Shown here: positions 41,457 to 50,889 of the stretch, in pieces
Layout: each line of letters begins with the position of its first letter
Position numbering within the stretch: position 1 is the first letter of the stretch
Source: Spirochaetia bacterium
GTDB taxonomy: Bacteria; Spirochaetota; Spirochaetia; SZUA-6; Bin103
Direction of reading: 5' to 3'
Length of the DNA: 64,000 nucleotides
NCBI GenBank assembly: GCA_965203905.1
Contig: CBDBDQ010000005.1
Span: forward strand, 5,536,001-5,600,000
Notes under the pieces: model-generated
What the model saw: the letters and a program-made list of their open reading frames with translations, nothing else
Told to the model about the DNA's origin: nothing
The model's database searches: none
Made by a program: the position numbers and the translations under genes

Positions 41457-42158
41457 ATGAGTAGCGCCCTGTCCACGGGCGCAACGTCGAGCCCGGCGGC
41501 GGTAGTATCGGCTTTCGTAGAGCGCCACAAGGTAGTGTTGCTGGTGGTTGCGGCCGTGATGCTGGCGGCGCTGATCGTGTGGTTGGCCTGGGCCGAGCGC
41601 GAACGCAGCGTCACCGAGAGTTCGGCGTTGCGCGCCGAGCGCTTGCAGGATCTGTATCAGACCTGGCGGGCGGAGCCCGAGGGGACGCGCAAGACCAACC
41701 TGGGCGAGGACCTGGTCGAGGATGTGGAACGCATCGTGCGGCAGTTCCCGCGCCGTTATGCGGCACAGCGGGCGTTGTACGTCCGCGCCCAGTACCGGTT
41801 CGACCTGGAGCAGTGGAGCGACGCCGTGGCCGATTGGCTGGAGCTGGCTGCCCGCTGGCCCGACAGCTATCTGGCACCGCTGAGCGTCTTCAACGCCGCG
41901 ATTGCCAGCGAGGAGGCGGGCCAACCGGAGCAGGCGCTGGAGCAGCTGCAGCGGATCGTGGACCAATGGGGGGACACGATTCTGGTCCCGCGCGCGCTGT
42001 TTTCGATCGGTCGCATGGCCGAGCAGCGCGGCGACGCCGGTACGGCACAGGCGACCTACGACCGCCTGACGGAGGAACATGGCGGCAGCAGGTGGGCCGT
42101 GGCGGCGCGCAACCGCCTCATCGTACTGGAGACCCAGGGCCAACCGGCCGCGGAGTAG
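41457..42158 (+). CDS. Membrane-anchored TPR protein (YfgM-like)
   Basis: N-terminal TM helix followed by TPR helices (RALFSIGRMAE). Confidence 0.75.
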   Translation: MSSALSTGATSSPAAVVSAFVERHKVVLLVVAAVMLAALIVWLAWAERERSVTESSALRAERLQDLYQTWRAEPEGTRKTNLGEDLVEDVERIVRQFPRRYAAQRALYVRAQYRFDLEQWSDAVADWLELAARWPDSYLAPLSVFNAAIASEEAGQPEQALEQLQRIVDQWGDTILVPRALFSIGRMAEQRGDAGTAQATYDRLTEEHGGSRWAVAARNRLIVLETQGQPAAE

Positions 42159-42189
42159 GGCGCATTGGGGCGCGCCCGTACGCTGTCCG

Positions 42190-42858
42190 GTGCGGCTCCT
42201 GGCCGCGATCCTGGTCGGCGTGGTTGGCGGCTGCGGACTGCCCGATCCACGTCCACTGCTGCCACCGCCGTCCGCTCCTGCCTTCTCCGACACGGCGGAT
42301 ACGTTCAGTTTCTCCCAGCCCACGGGCGCCGGCAGCGACCAGGTGCCGAGCCTGCAGACCTTCGGTTACGAGGTCTATTACCGATTCTCCGCCATCGGAG
42401 CAGCCACCGACCGCAACCTCCCGGATCGCACTCAGCTCGGTGCCAACGGGTTCGTGGCTCTGCGCACGGCGGATGATCGTCACCCGCTGGCGGCGACCGG
42501 GCGGCCGTTGATCGCGGTGCCGAGCGCGGCGCGAGCCGAGCACCGCGTGACGCTGAGCTTCGTGGCACTGGAAACCGGTGCCGACCCCCACGCCACCTTG
42601 GGTTCGGGGGGCCGCATCTCGCTGCGCCGCGGCGTGGAGGATACGTTCACCGGCCGCTATGAGCGCTTCGCGTGTGAGGAGTTCGACTCGGACCATCCCG
42701 ATGTGGAGGCCTACCCGGAGCTGCCCCAGGACTGCGCCGCGGGATTGGAGGTGCAACTGCAGCTTTACGCCGTTGCCTACGGGCGCGACGCGGAACGCAA
42801 CGAGCAGTTCAGCGAACCGCTGTACCTGGCTTCGATCAACGTCACCTTCAGTAGCTGA
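42190..42858 (+). CDS. Hypothetical lipoprotein
   Basis: MRLLAAILVGVVGG-C lipobox-like signal; GYEVYYRF motif. Confidence 0.65.
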   Translation: MRLLAAILVGVVGGCGLPDPRPLLPPPSAPAFSDTADTFSFSQPTGAGSDQVPSLQTFGYEVYYRFSAIGAATDRNLPDRTQLGANGFVALRTADDRHPLAATGRPLIAVPSAARAEHRVTLSFVALETGADPHATLGSGGRISLRRGVEDTFTGRYERFACEEFDSDHPDVEAYPELPQDCAAGLEVQLQLYAVAYGRDAERNEQFSEPLYLASINVTFSS

Positions 42859-42863
42859 CAACC

Positions 42864-43133
42864 GTGTTCCCGTACCTCACCGTCGGCCTGACCTACATCA
42901 CCGTCGGGCTGGCGGCGGCCATCTTCTGCCACTTCGTGCTGCGGCGGCGGGTGCTGGGCAACTTCTGGGGTGCCCTCATCGTCGGCCTGATCGGCGCCGT
43001 CCTCGGCGGCATGCTGGACCAGGTGCTGGCCGGCGTGATCGAGCGGCTGGCCCACTTCAACCGCGTCAACCTGTTCGCGGCGGGGTTCTGCGCGATCGTC
43101 CTGATCTGGACGTTGTCGCGGCTCAACGAGTGA
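42864..43133 (+). CDS. Small membrane protein (GlsB/YeaQ/YmgE-like)
   Basis: 89 aa with three hydrophobic helices; LIVGLIGAVLGG. Confidence 0.7.
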   Translation: MFPYLTVGLTYITVGLAAAIFCHFVLRRRVLGNFWGALIVGLIGAVLGGMLDQVLAGVIERLAHFNRVNLFAAGFCAIVLIWTLSRLNE

Positions 43134-43575
43134 CCGTACCGAGCCAGGTGCGGGCGCGGAGAATGTGGTCCAACGGCCGGAACAGCGACGAGAAGATATC
43201 CCGTACGATGCCGACCTCATCCACCAGGTAGGTGACCCGTCCGATCGGCAGCAGCCCGGAGTACGCGCCGTAGAGCCGGCGCACCGCATTGCCGGGATCG
43301 CTGACGATCGGGTACGGCAGCCTGCGGTGCTCGGCGAACTGCCGGTGCGATGCGATCGAGCCGCTGTTGATCCCCACCACCTCCGCACCGGCGTCGACCA
43401 GTTCGTCATAGGCGTCGCGGAACCCGCACGCCTGTGCCACGCAGCCTGGTGTCTCATCCTGAGGGTAGAAGAACAGCACCACCTTGCGGCCGCGCAGGGC
43501 GCTGAGGCGGAACGGCTCGCCGCCGGCGGTCGGCAATGTGAAATCGGGGGCTTCGTCTCCGACTGCGATCTTCAT
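43123..43575 (-). CDS. bcp: Peroxiredoxin (Bcp/PrxQ family)
   Basis: GDEAPDFTL, FFYPQDETPGCVAQAC, GRVTYLVD. Confidence 0.93.
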   Translation of the reverse strand: MKIAVGDEAPDFTLPTAGGEPFRLSALRGRKVVLFFYPQDETPGCVAQACGFRDAYDELVDAGAEVVGINSGSIASHRQFAEHRRLPYPIVSDPGNAVRRLYGAYSGLLPIGRVTYLVDEVGIVRDIFSSLFRPLDHILRARTWLGTVTR

Positions 43576-43638
43576 CGCGGACCTACGGTAGCGGGATCGC
43601 GCCGGGTGATCAACGACGCACCTGGAGCGAGGAATTCT

Positions 43639-43666
43639 ACTTCCGATAATGTATATTCTGTCTACT
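43639..43666 (+). other. Putative XerCD dif recombination site
   Basis: ACTTCCGATAA-TGTATA-TTCTGTCTACT has the 11-6-11 layout and is AT-rich in a GC-rich intergenic gap. Hand count: 22/28 to B. subtilis dif and 19/28 to E. coli dif (both recalled). Confidence 0.7.
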
Positions 43667-43742
43667 TGCAGGTGAGAAAAACGCCGGCTTCCGTAGCGAC
43701 CTGCCTTCGCAGCGCTTGCGAGTACCCGGTATGCTGCTGCCC

Positions 43743-45299
43743 ATGACTATGGGCGAATACTGGGAAACGCTCCGCGGCGCGGTGCAGCGGACGGTGGACG
43801 CGGGACGCATCGGGCGGCCGGCGGCGCTGAGGCTGACGGTGCATGTCGGTGGCGAGGCGAGCGTGGCCGGCGAGTGCCGTGCAGCGGTGCGCGCGATGGC
43901 TGCCGGATGGTTCGGGAGCGAGCCTGTGGCGGTGCATCGCATTGGCGGCGACGGAGCGCCGTCGGTCGAGGCGCTGCGCTGGTCGGGCGGTCAGAGCGCC
44001 GTGTTGGCGGTGAGCGCGGGGCCCGGCCCTATCGGGGGCAACCTGGCGCTGATGGGCTCGAACGGAACGCTCTACCATGAGATCGGCGGCGACGCCGCCG
44101 CGATCGCGGCCGCAATGGGTGCACCGGAACCGGCGGCGGGCGGCGCGGCCGCTGGCAGCGGCGGGAAGGCGCGCTACGGCGTGGTTGCGGTGGGCGGGAA
44201 CCGCACCCACCTGGAGGGCTACGCACGCACGTTCGCGGCCGATCCGCGCTGCGAGTTGAAGGCGGTGGCGGACCAGCCGGGGCTGCCGGAGTACCGCGAG
44301 GGGCTGAACCGGCTGCTGGCGGCGGAGTTGGAGGTGCCGTATCTGCCGTTGGAGCAAGCGCTCGCTCTGGATGGCGTGGACATCGCGATCAACTGCGCCG
44401 ACGTCGAGCGCAGGGCGCCGGTGGCGCGCGCCATCCTGGAGGCCGGCAAGCACCTGTACGCCGACAAGCCGCTCGCCGGTACCCGCGAAGCGGCACGCGA
44501 AGTCGCCGCGGCGGCCGCAGCGGCGGGTGTCACCACGCAGATGTTCACCCAGGTGTGGTCGGATTGGGCGCAACGTGCCCGAGCGGCGATCGAGCAGGAC
44601 GTCACCGGACCGGTGCAGGCGCTGCACTGCGACATGCTGATGGCCAAGGGCAAGCCGGGCACGGCGCCGCCGGGAGCACGCAGAGAGCGTCCGGGCGACG
44701 GTCGCTTCACGTTCGTAGCCGCCAAGCGCGAACTGTTCGACATGGGCGTGTACCCCATCGCACTGGTGCAGTGGCTGAGCGGGCGCCGGATCGCGGAGGT
44801 ATACGCCGTGACCGGGAACTACTTCTTCGCCGAGCACGCGGCACTGGACATCGAGGACTACGGCGCGCTGGCGCTGCGGCTGGATGACGGGCGCGTGGCG
44901 AGCATCTGTTGCGGCCGGATCGGCGCCACCAGTCACCCGCGCATGGGTGAGCAGCGCATCACCCTGATCGGACAGCGTGGCATCTTTACGTTCTCCGACG
45001 CCAGTCCCCGGCTCGAGGTGTACAACGACCAGCCGCCGTTCACGGCACCGCCGGTGCATCCCTTCGATCCGATGCAGATGTGGTCCTCGTCGCAACGCGA
45101 CATCCAGCCCCGTCCCAAGGATCGCTGGGTGCCGTTGGCCGCCGGCGCGGCGGACACCGACGTGTGCGCGTTCCTGGACTGCATCGACCAGGGAAGGCGG
45201 CCGCAGGTGACCGTAGCCGACGCCGTGCACCACGTGGACGTGATCCTGGCCGGCTACGAGTCGGCGGCCAGTGGGAAGCCGGTTGCCCTGCCCCGATAG
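43743..45299 (+). CDS. Gfo/Idh/MocA oxidoreductase with an extra N-terminal domain
   Basis: AGKHLYADKPL and FDMGVYP motifs; about 140 aa precede the Rossmann fold. Confidence 0.8.
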   Translation: MTMGEYWETLRGAVQRTVDAGRIGRPAALRLTVHVGGEASVAGECRAAVRAMAAGWFGSEPVAVHRIGGDGAPSVEALRWSGGQSAVLAVSAGPGPIGGNLALMGSNGTLYHEIGGDAAAIAAAMGAPEPAAGGAAAGSGGKARYGVVAVGGNRTHLEGYARTFAADPRCELKAVADQPGLPEYREGLNRLLAAELEVPYLPLEQALALDGVDIAINCADVERRAPVARAILEAGKHLYADKPLAGTREAAREVAAAAAAAGVTTQMFTQVWSDWAQRARAAIEQDVTGPVQALHCDMLMAKGKPGTAPPGARRERPGDGRFTFVAAKRELFDMGVYPIALVQWLSGRRIAEVYAVTGNYFFAEHAALDIEDYGALALRLDDGRVASICCGRIGATSHPRMGEQRITLIGQRGIFTFSDASPRLEVYNDQPPFTAPPVHPFDPMQMWSSSQRDIQPRPKDRWVPLAAGAADTDVCAFLDCIDQGRRPQVTVADAVHHVDVILAGYESAASGKPVALPR

Positions 45300-45348
45300 G
45301 GAGCAACTCCCCTCCCCGGCCGCCGGCGCGTCGTGCTAAGCTGAGGCC

Positions 45349-46275
45349 ATGAACAAGATCGAACGCATGCAGGCGATGCTGCGGGGTGAACGCCCGGACC
45401 GGGTGCCGGCCGGGTTCTGGTTTCACTTTCCGGACGCCAACGCCGCCGGCCACGCGATGGCCCAGGCGCACATCGACTACTACCGTACCGCGGACCCCGA
45501 CCTGCTCAAGGTGATGAACGACAACGTCTACGAGCGGGTCGGCGTGGATGCCATCGAGACCCCCGCGGACTGGCGCAAGCTGGAGCCGGCGCCGCAGTCG
45601 TCGGCCGCCTACGAGGCACAGCTCAGCGGCCTGCGCGAACTGGTGGACACGCTCGGCGACGAGGTGCTGATGGCCACCACCATCTTCAATCCCTATGCCA
45701 CCGGAAACAAGATCAGCGACGGCAAGGTGACCGAGCACCTGAAGGAAGATCCCGAGTCGGTCTCGGTCGGACTCGGAGCGATTGCCGAGAGCCTGGCGGG
45801 CTTCGCCGCGGCCTGCATCGAGGCGGGTGCCGCCGGCATCTACTTCTCGGCCCAGGGCGGCGACGGCGATCGCTTCACCGCCGAGGAACATGCCCGCTAC
45901 GTCAAGCCGCACGACATCGCCGTGCTGGAAGCCGCCACCGCCGCCGGCGCCACCTGCAACGTGCTGCACGTGTGCGGCAAGGGGTTGCGCCTGGAGGACT
46001 TCCGGGACTATCCGGGGCACACGGTGAACTGGGCGCCACAGAACGACAATCCGAGCCTGAGCGCCGGCCGCGAGCTGTTTCAACGGCCGATCATCGGCGG
46101 GCTCGACGAGCGCGGTCCCATCGTGGACGGTCCGCGGGAGGCGATCGTGGACGAGGTGCGCACTGCGCTGGCCGAGATGGGAAGCGCCGGCTTCATGATC
46201 GGCGCCGGCTGCACCGTGCCCAACGACATCAACGTCCAGCACCTGGTGTGGGCGCGCGAGGCGGTGCCGGGGTAA
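45349..46275 (+). CDS. Uroporphyrinogen decarboxylase family protein
   Basis: GERPDRVPAGFWFHF, VLHVCG, IIGGLD, MIGAGCTVP. Confidence 0.85.
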   Translation: MNKIERMQAMLRGERPDRVPAGFWFHFPDANAAGHAMAQAHIDYYRTADPDLLKVMNDNVYERVGVDAIETPADWRKLEPAPQSSAAYEAQLSGLRELVDTLGDEVLMATTIFNPYATGNKISDGKVTEHLKEDPESVSVGLGAIAESLAGFAAACIEAGAAGIYFSAQGGDGDRFTAEEHARYVKPHDIAVLEAATAAGATCNVLHVCGKGLRLEDFRDYPGHTVNWAPQNDNPSLSAGRELFQRPIIGGLDERGPIVDGPREAIVDEVRTALAEMGSAGFMIGAGCTVPNDINVQHLVWAREAVPG

Positions 46276-46970
46276 TGAGCGACTCGCTCGTCGCGGCACC
46301 TACCCTGCCCTTGCAGAGCGGTGATCACCTGACGCGGCGGGAGTTCGAACGGCGTTACGCCGCGCACCCGGAAATCAAGAAGGCGGAACTGATCGAGGGG
46401 CGGGTCTACGTGTCATCGCCATTGCGCTTTGCTGCTCACGGGCAACCTCACATCGCGGTCGCGGCGTGGCTGGGTACCTACGCCGCCTTCACGCCGCCGG
46501 TAAGTGCGGCCGACAACGCCACCGTACGCCTCGATGCGATCAATGAGCCCCAGCCGGACGCTCAGTTGCGCCTCGATCCTGCCGCGGGTGGCCATTCGCG
46601 GCTCGACGAGGACGATTACGTGGAAGGGGCGCCCGAACTGGTCATCGAAATCGCGGCCAGCAGCGCGTCCTACGACCTGCATGACAAACTGCACGCGTAC
46701 CGCCGCAATGGCGTGGACGAGTACCTGGTATGGCGCGTTCACGAGCGCCAGTTCGATTGGTTCGTCCTCGTGGGCGACGACTACGTACCGCTCGCCCCCG
46801 ATGGTTGGGGCATTCTCCGCAGCAGGATGTTCCCCGGGCTGTGCCTCGACGTAGGGGCGTTGCTGGCGGGCGACCTCGCTCGGGTCCTGGCCACGTTGCA
46901 GCGCGGACTGGAGAGTCCCGAGCACGCCGCATTCGTGGCGCGTGTGCAAGGGCCGGGCGATCAGGGGTAG
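46275..46970 (+). CDS. Uma2 family endonuclease
   Basis: KAELIEGRVY, EPQPD, PELVIEIAASS, KLHAYRRNGVDEYLVW; TAATG overlap with the upstream gene. Confidence 0.92.
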   Translation: MSDSLVAAPTLPLQSGDHLTRREFERRYAAHPEIKKAELIEGRVYVSSPLRFAAHGQPHIAVAAWLGTYAAFTPPVSAADNATVRLDAINEPQPDAQLRLDPAAGGHSRLDEDDYVEGAPELVIEIAASSASYDLHDKLHAYRRNGVDEYLVWRVHERQFDWFVLVGDDYVPLAPDGWGILRSRMFPGLCLDVGALLAGDLARVLATLQRGLESPEHAAFVARVQGPGDQG

Positions 46971-47971
46971 CGGGCGCGGAATTCCCCTACCCGCGCGCGG
47001 GCGTTGACCTCCAGCCCGCTGCGCTCGCCGCGGGCCAGGAGCTGGTAGCCGAGACCGGCGATCATGGCCGCGTTGTCGGTGCACAACGTCAGGCTGGGGT
47101 ACACGGTACGCACCGGCGCCTCATCCAGGCGTTGCCGCAGATAGGTGTTGGCGGCTACCCCACCGGCGGCGACCAGGCACTCGATCCCGGTCTCGCGGCA
47201 GGCCAGCAGCGCCTTGTCCACCACGATGTCCACGGCGGTCTGCTGAAAGGCGGCGGCGAGGTTGGGCTGAGTATCGGGAAAGGCAGGATCGCGGAATTGC
47301 TCCCGCTGGTGGATCACCGCCGTCTTGAGTCCCGAGTAGGAGACGTCGAAGCGGTGGTCTCCCTTGTGCAGCGAGGGGCGCGGAAAGCGGTAGGCCGCGG
47401 GGTCGCCAGCGGCCGACAGGCGCTGGATCGCGACGCCGCCCGGATAGCCCATGGAGAAGTACTTGGCCACCTTGTCGAACGCCTCGCCGCAGGCGTCGTC
47501 GATGGTGGCCCCCAGCACCTTGATGCGGTCGAAGCCGTGGACTTCCGCAATGAGCGTGTGCCCCCCCGACAACAGCAGTCCGATGTACGGATAGGAGAGG
47601 TCGCACTCCATGTGTGGGGCGTAGAAGTGGGCCTGCACGTGATCCACCGCAATCAGCGGCAGGTCACGTACCAAGGCCAGCCCCTTCGCATACGAGAGCC
47701 CGACCAGCAGCGATCCGATCAGACCGGGCCGCGTGGTCACCGCTACCGCGTCCATTCCGTCAAGGCCAGCCGCCGCCTCGCGCAGTGCGTGCTCCACGAC
47801 GGCATCGATCCACTCGACGTGCTTGCGGCTGGCGATCTCGGGCACCACGCCCTGGTAACGCCGGTGTTCCTCGATTTGGGAATAGACAATGTTGCTGCGG
47901 ATCTCGACACCGTCGGTGACCACCGCCGCGGCGCACTCGTCACATGAGGTCTCGATCCCCAGAACGGTCAT
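46961..47971 (-). CDS. tsaD: tRNA N6-threonylcarbamoyladenosine transferase TsaD
   Basis: LGIETSCDE, GVVPEIASRKH, LSGGHT, DDACGEAFDKVA, TDNAAMI. Confidence 0.97.
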   Translation of the reverse strand: MTVLGIETSCDECAAAVVTDGVEIRSNIVYSQIEEHRRYQGVVPEIASRKHVEWIDAVVEHALREAAAGLDGMDAVAVTTRPGLIGSLLVGLSYAKGLALVRDLPLIAVDHVQAHFYAPHMECDLSYPYIGLLLSGGHTLIAEVHGFDRIKVLGATIDDACGEAFDKVAKYFSMGYPGGVAIQRLSAAGDPAAYRFPRPSLHKGDHRFDVSYSGLKTAVIHQREQFRDPAFPDTQPNLAAAFQQTAVDIVVDKALLACRETGIECLVAAGGVAANTYLRQRLDEAPVRTVYPSLTLCTDNAAMIAGLGYQLLARGERSGLEVNARARVGEFRARYP

Positions 47972-49020
47972 GGGCTGGCAGTGGATCCGTGCTGCCCGCC
48001 ACCGCCCGGTCCGTTGGCGACACGTTGCGCGTCGCCGGGAGGGAACAGCGCGGACAGCGGCACCACCTCGTAGCCGCGGCGCTGGAGCTGCGGATACACC
48101 TCGAACAGCGCTGTGGCAACGTCCGTCACCGAAGCGTGGCCGATCAGCACCGCGTGCCCGTGCTCGCGGGCGACCGCGAGACCCTTCCGCAGTGCCGCCC
48201 GGATCGCCGCGGGATCACGATCGTGGTCCAGGAACACGTCGCGCTGCATGAACGGCACGCCATACTTGGCGGCGTAGGGAGCGGCGACGCTGGTCGGCGT
48301 GGTGCGGCTGTCGACGAAGAACTTGCCGCTCTCGGCAAGATACGCCATCACCGCGTTCATGATGCGGGGATCCGCGGTGCCGGCCGATCCCATGTGGTTG
48401 TTGGTGCCCGCGGCGCCGGTGATGGAATCGAAGTTGCGCTCCAGGAGGCTCCGGATCTCGCCATCGGAGAGCTCGGCGGTTACCGTACCGGGCCCGGGAT
48501 AGAGGCCGCTGACCGCCGCCATGGGCAGATGCAGGATCACCTCGTGACCGTGGGAACGCGCCAGCTTCGCCGCTCGCGCCGAGTGCTGCAGTTGCGGCAG
48601 CACGGCGAAGGTCAGCGGTGCCGGGAACTCCAGAAACGGGCGTAGTTCCTGCAGGTTGTTGCCGGCGTCGTCGATCACGATGGCCAGTCTCGCGCCAGCA
48701 GCCTGAGGCGGGGGCGCGGTGCGAGCTGCCTCGGGGCGGGGCTCGGGCTGGAGTTCCGGGGTCGCCGCGGTCTCCGGCGGCTCGCCCATCGGCGGAGGTT
48801 CGAACGCCGGCCCCACCGTGGGCAGTGCGCGGTCGGGGACCCACGGCAACCGGAACGCAACCTCACGTTCCGGCGCGGTGGCGCCGGATTCCGGCGGCCG
48901 CAGAACGAGACCGACGAGAATCCCGGTGAGGACCACGATCATCGTGACCAGGAACACCACCAGGCGCGCCTGCGGCACCTGGGCCGTTCTGCTCCTGCCG
49001 CTCATCCGCAAATGGCCCAT
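47968..49020 (-). CDS. Divergent polysaccharide deacetylase family protein
   Basis: TM anchor, LAIVIDDAG, HLPM, NNHMGS, FFVDSRT, RDVFLD, IGH. Confidence 0.92.
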   Translation of the reverse strand: MGHLRMSGRSRTAQVPQARLVVFLVTMIVVLTGILVGLVLRPPESGATAPEREVAFRLPWVPDRALPTVGPAFEPPPMGEPPETAATPELQPEPRPEAARTAPPPQAAGARLAIVIDDAGNNLQELRPFLEFPAPLTFAVLPQLQHSARAAKLARSHGHEVILHLPMAAVSGLYPGPGTVTAELSDGEIRSLLERNFDSITGAAGTNNHMGSAGTADPRIMNAVMAYLAESGKFFVDSRTTPTSVAAPYAAKYGVPFMQRDVFLDHDRDPAAIRAALRKGLAVAREHGHAVLIGHASVTDVATALFEVYPQLQRRGYEVVPLSALFPPGDAQRVANGPGGGGQHGSTASP

Positions 49021-49111
49021 GGCGCTGACGGCGCCCGCGTATCTCCCGTGCCACGCTTCACGTTCTGTTTATCGGTTGCACCCGGTCGCGGGATTACGCA
49101 CACTGCCTCCC

Positions 49112-49819
49112 ATGTGCGGGCGTTACGCGTTGTACGCGGAGACCGAGGAGTTGATCGCGACGTTCGCCGTGCAGCGTGATGCCGCCACTCCCCACCTGGA
49201 GCCCCGCTACAACGTCGCTCCCACCCAGGACGTACCCATAGTCGTCGCGGAACGCGGTGCGCGGCGCCTGCGGCTGGTGCGCTGGGGACTGGTGCCGTCG
49301 CAGTGGTCCACACCCGAGGAGCGCCGGGCACCGCTGATCAACGCGCGCGCGGAGAGCGTGGCGTCGCGCCCGGTATTCCGCCACGCCTACGCGAGCAGCC
49401 GCTGCCTGATACCCGCCAGCGGTTTCTTCGAGTGGCGCCGTGCGGATGGCGTGCGCCAGCCCTACTTCGTGACCATCGACTCGGGAGGCCCGCTGGCCTT
49501 CGCCGGCCTCCACGACGTGTGGCAGCGGGACGACCAGCCCCCGGTACCGAGCTGCACCATCATCACGGTCCCGCCCAACTCGCTGGTGGCCGGACTCCAC
49601 GACCGGATGCCGGCGCTGCTGCCCGCCGCGGACTGGGAGCCGTGGCTCGACCCCGCCGCCCCGCGCGATGCGCTGCGCAGCCTGCTGCGCCCGGCCGAGA
49701 TCCGGCTGGCCATCCACCCGGTGACCCCGCGCATGAACCACCACGCCTACGAGGAGCCCGCGGCGGTCGCACCGCTGGCGGCAGCGGCCGGTGCCGAGCA
49801 GTTGAGCCTGGAGTGGTAG
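49112..49819 (+). CDS. SOS response-associated peptidase (SRAP/YedK, abasic-site protein)
   Basis: N-terminal MCGRY, RYNVAPTQ, WGLVP, INARAE, FFEW, HDRMP. Confidence 0.95.
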   Translation: MCGRYALYAETEELIATFAVQRDAATPHLEPRYNVAPTQDVPIVVAERGARRLRLVRWGLVPSQWSTPEERRAPLINARAESVASRPVFRHAYASSRCLIPASGFFEWRRADGVRQPYFVTIDSGGPLAFAGLHDVWQRDDQPPVPSCTIITVPPNSLVAGLHDRMPALLPAADWEPWLDPAAPRDALRSLLRPAEIRLAIHPVTPRMNHHAYEEPAAVAPLAAAAGAEQLSLEW

Positions 49820-49847
49820 GCAGCGGCAACGTGTGCCGCCGCGACCT

Positions 49848-50795
49848 CTATTCCTGAGCCAGCACGAAGTAGTGGCCCGGATTCCAGGCCTGGCAGATCA
49901 GGTAGAGCTGTCCGTCATGCTCGTACCACACCGTGTTGTGAATGTGGTCGGCCAGCTCGACGCCCAGCTCTTCCTTCGGCCGGATGGTGGACACCACCGC
50001 ATAGGTGTTGGCATCCAGGATGTAGATGGGCGCCGCCCTCCCCTCCTGGGGATCGTCGAGGCTGCCCACCAGGGCATACCAGTGGTGGCCGCGCTGCAGG
50101 AAGTCGATGCCGCACGGCTTGGAGTTGTCCGGGATGCCGTGCGAGGAATGGAAATGGCCGCCGTGGCTGAAGTGCTGAAAGCGGGCATGGGGCCGGTCCG
50201 CGATCGACAGGTGGTGGCCGTCCGGATGCGCCCCCAGGCCGTGGGCGGTGCCGAACAGTCCCTCGGCCGTCGGGTCGTCGCTCCTGCCGGCGAAGATACC
50301 CGTCCACGTTCCCTGCGCCGGATCGACGGTGGAGATGTAGTTGGCGCCGTAGCCGTCGGCCACGTACAGGGTCCCATCGGCGAAGGTGGTGTCGGTGGGC
50401 TTGTACGGCGTCTCGGCATCCTGGTACTCGTCGAACTCCGGCCGTGAGAGCATATAGTCCACGTTGCCGTCCAGGCTGATCACCACCACCTTTTCGTCGT
50501 TGTTGGCGGGCAGCACCAGGCGCCGCTTGCCGTCGAACTCGATCAGCGTGGTGCCGTGAAAGTTGACCGGCTTCAGGTCGGAGGGCAGCTCGATGATCTC
50601 CTGGCCGCTCAGGTCGGGCGCGATCGACATCAGCCCGCAGCCGGGCATGCCGTAGTAGATGTGCCCGCCGGGGCTCGGGTCCACGGCGAAGCCGCCGTGC
50701 AGGTCGACCTCGCACGGCCGCGCCGCCTCGGGCAGGGTGTACAGGTCCTCGCACAGTGAGAACACGAAGGGTGCTTGACCGCTGGTCTTGGGCAT
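49848..50795 (-). CDS. Hypothetical NHL-like beta-propeller protein
   Basis: KPTDT, LYVADGYGANYI, FGTAHG and IADR blades; SD GAGGAGG before ATG 50795. Confidence 0.75.
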   Translation of the reverse strand: MPKTSGQAPFVFSLCEDLYTLPEAARPCEVDLHGGFAVDPSPGGHIYYGMPGCGLMSIAPDLSGQEIIELPSDLKPVNFHGTTLIEFDGKRRLVLPANNDEKVVVISLDGNVDYMLSRPEFDEYQDAETPYKPTDTTFADGTLYVADGYGANYISTVDPAQGTWTGIFAGRSDDPTAEGLFGTAHGLGAHPDGHHLSIADRPHARFQHFSHGGHFHSSHGIPDNSKPCGIDFLQRGHHWYALVGSLDDPQEGRAAPIYILDANTYAVVSTIRPKEELGVELADHIHNTVWYEHDGQLYLICQAWNPGHYFVLAQE

Positions 50796-50889
50796 GGTGG
50801 CCTCCTCGTTTGCCGGGCGATGTCGTGCGCCATGGTAGCCGATTTGCCGGTGCTTGGTCGCGCCGCCGGCACGTGGTTTAATGATTGGC

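Noticed and set aside
39740-41614. 624-aa antisense ORF opposite rpsA (and many similar long shadow ORFs opposite pnp, bamA, recA, lptG)
   Set aside because: Mirror-frame ORFs are expected from high-GC codon bias; no recognisable motifs.
43633-43667. AATTCTACT resembles the start of a Cas12a repeat, and TCTACTT occurs twice
   Set aside because: No GTAGAT stem, no array and no cas genes; better explained as a dif-like site.
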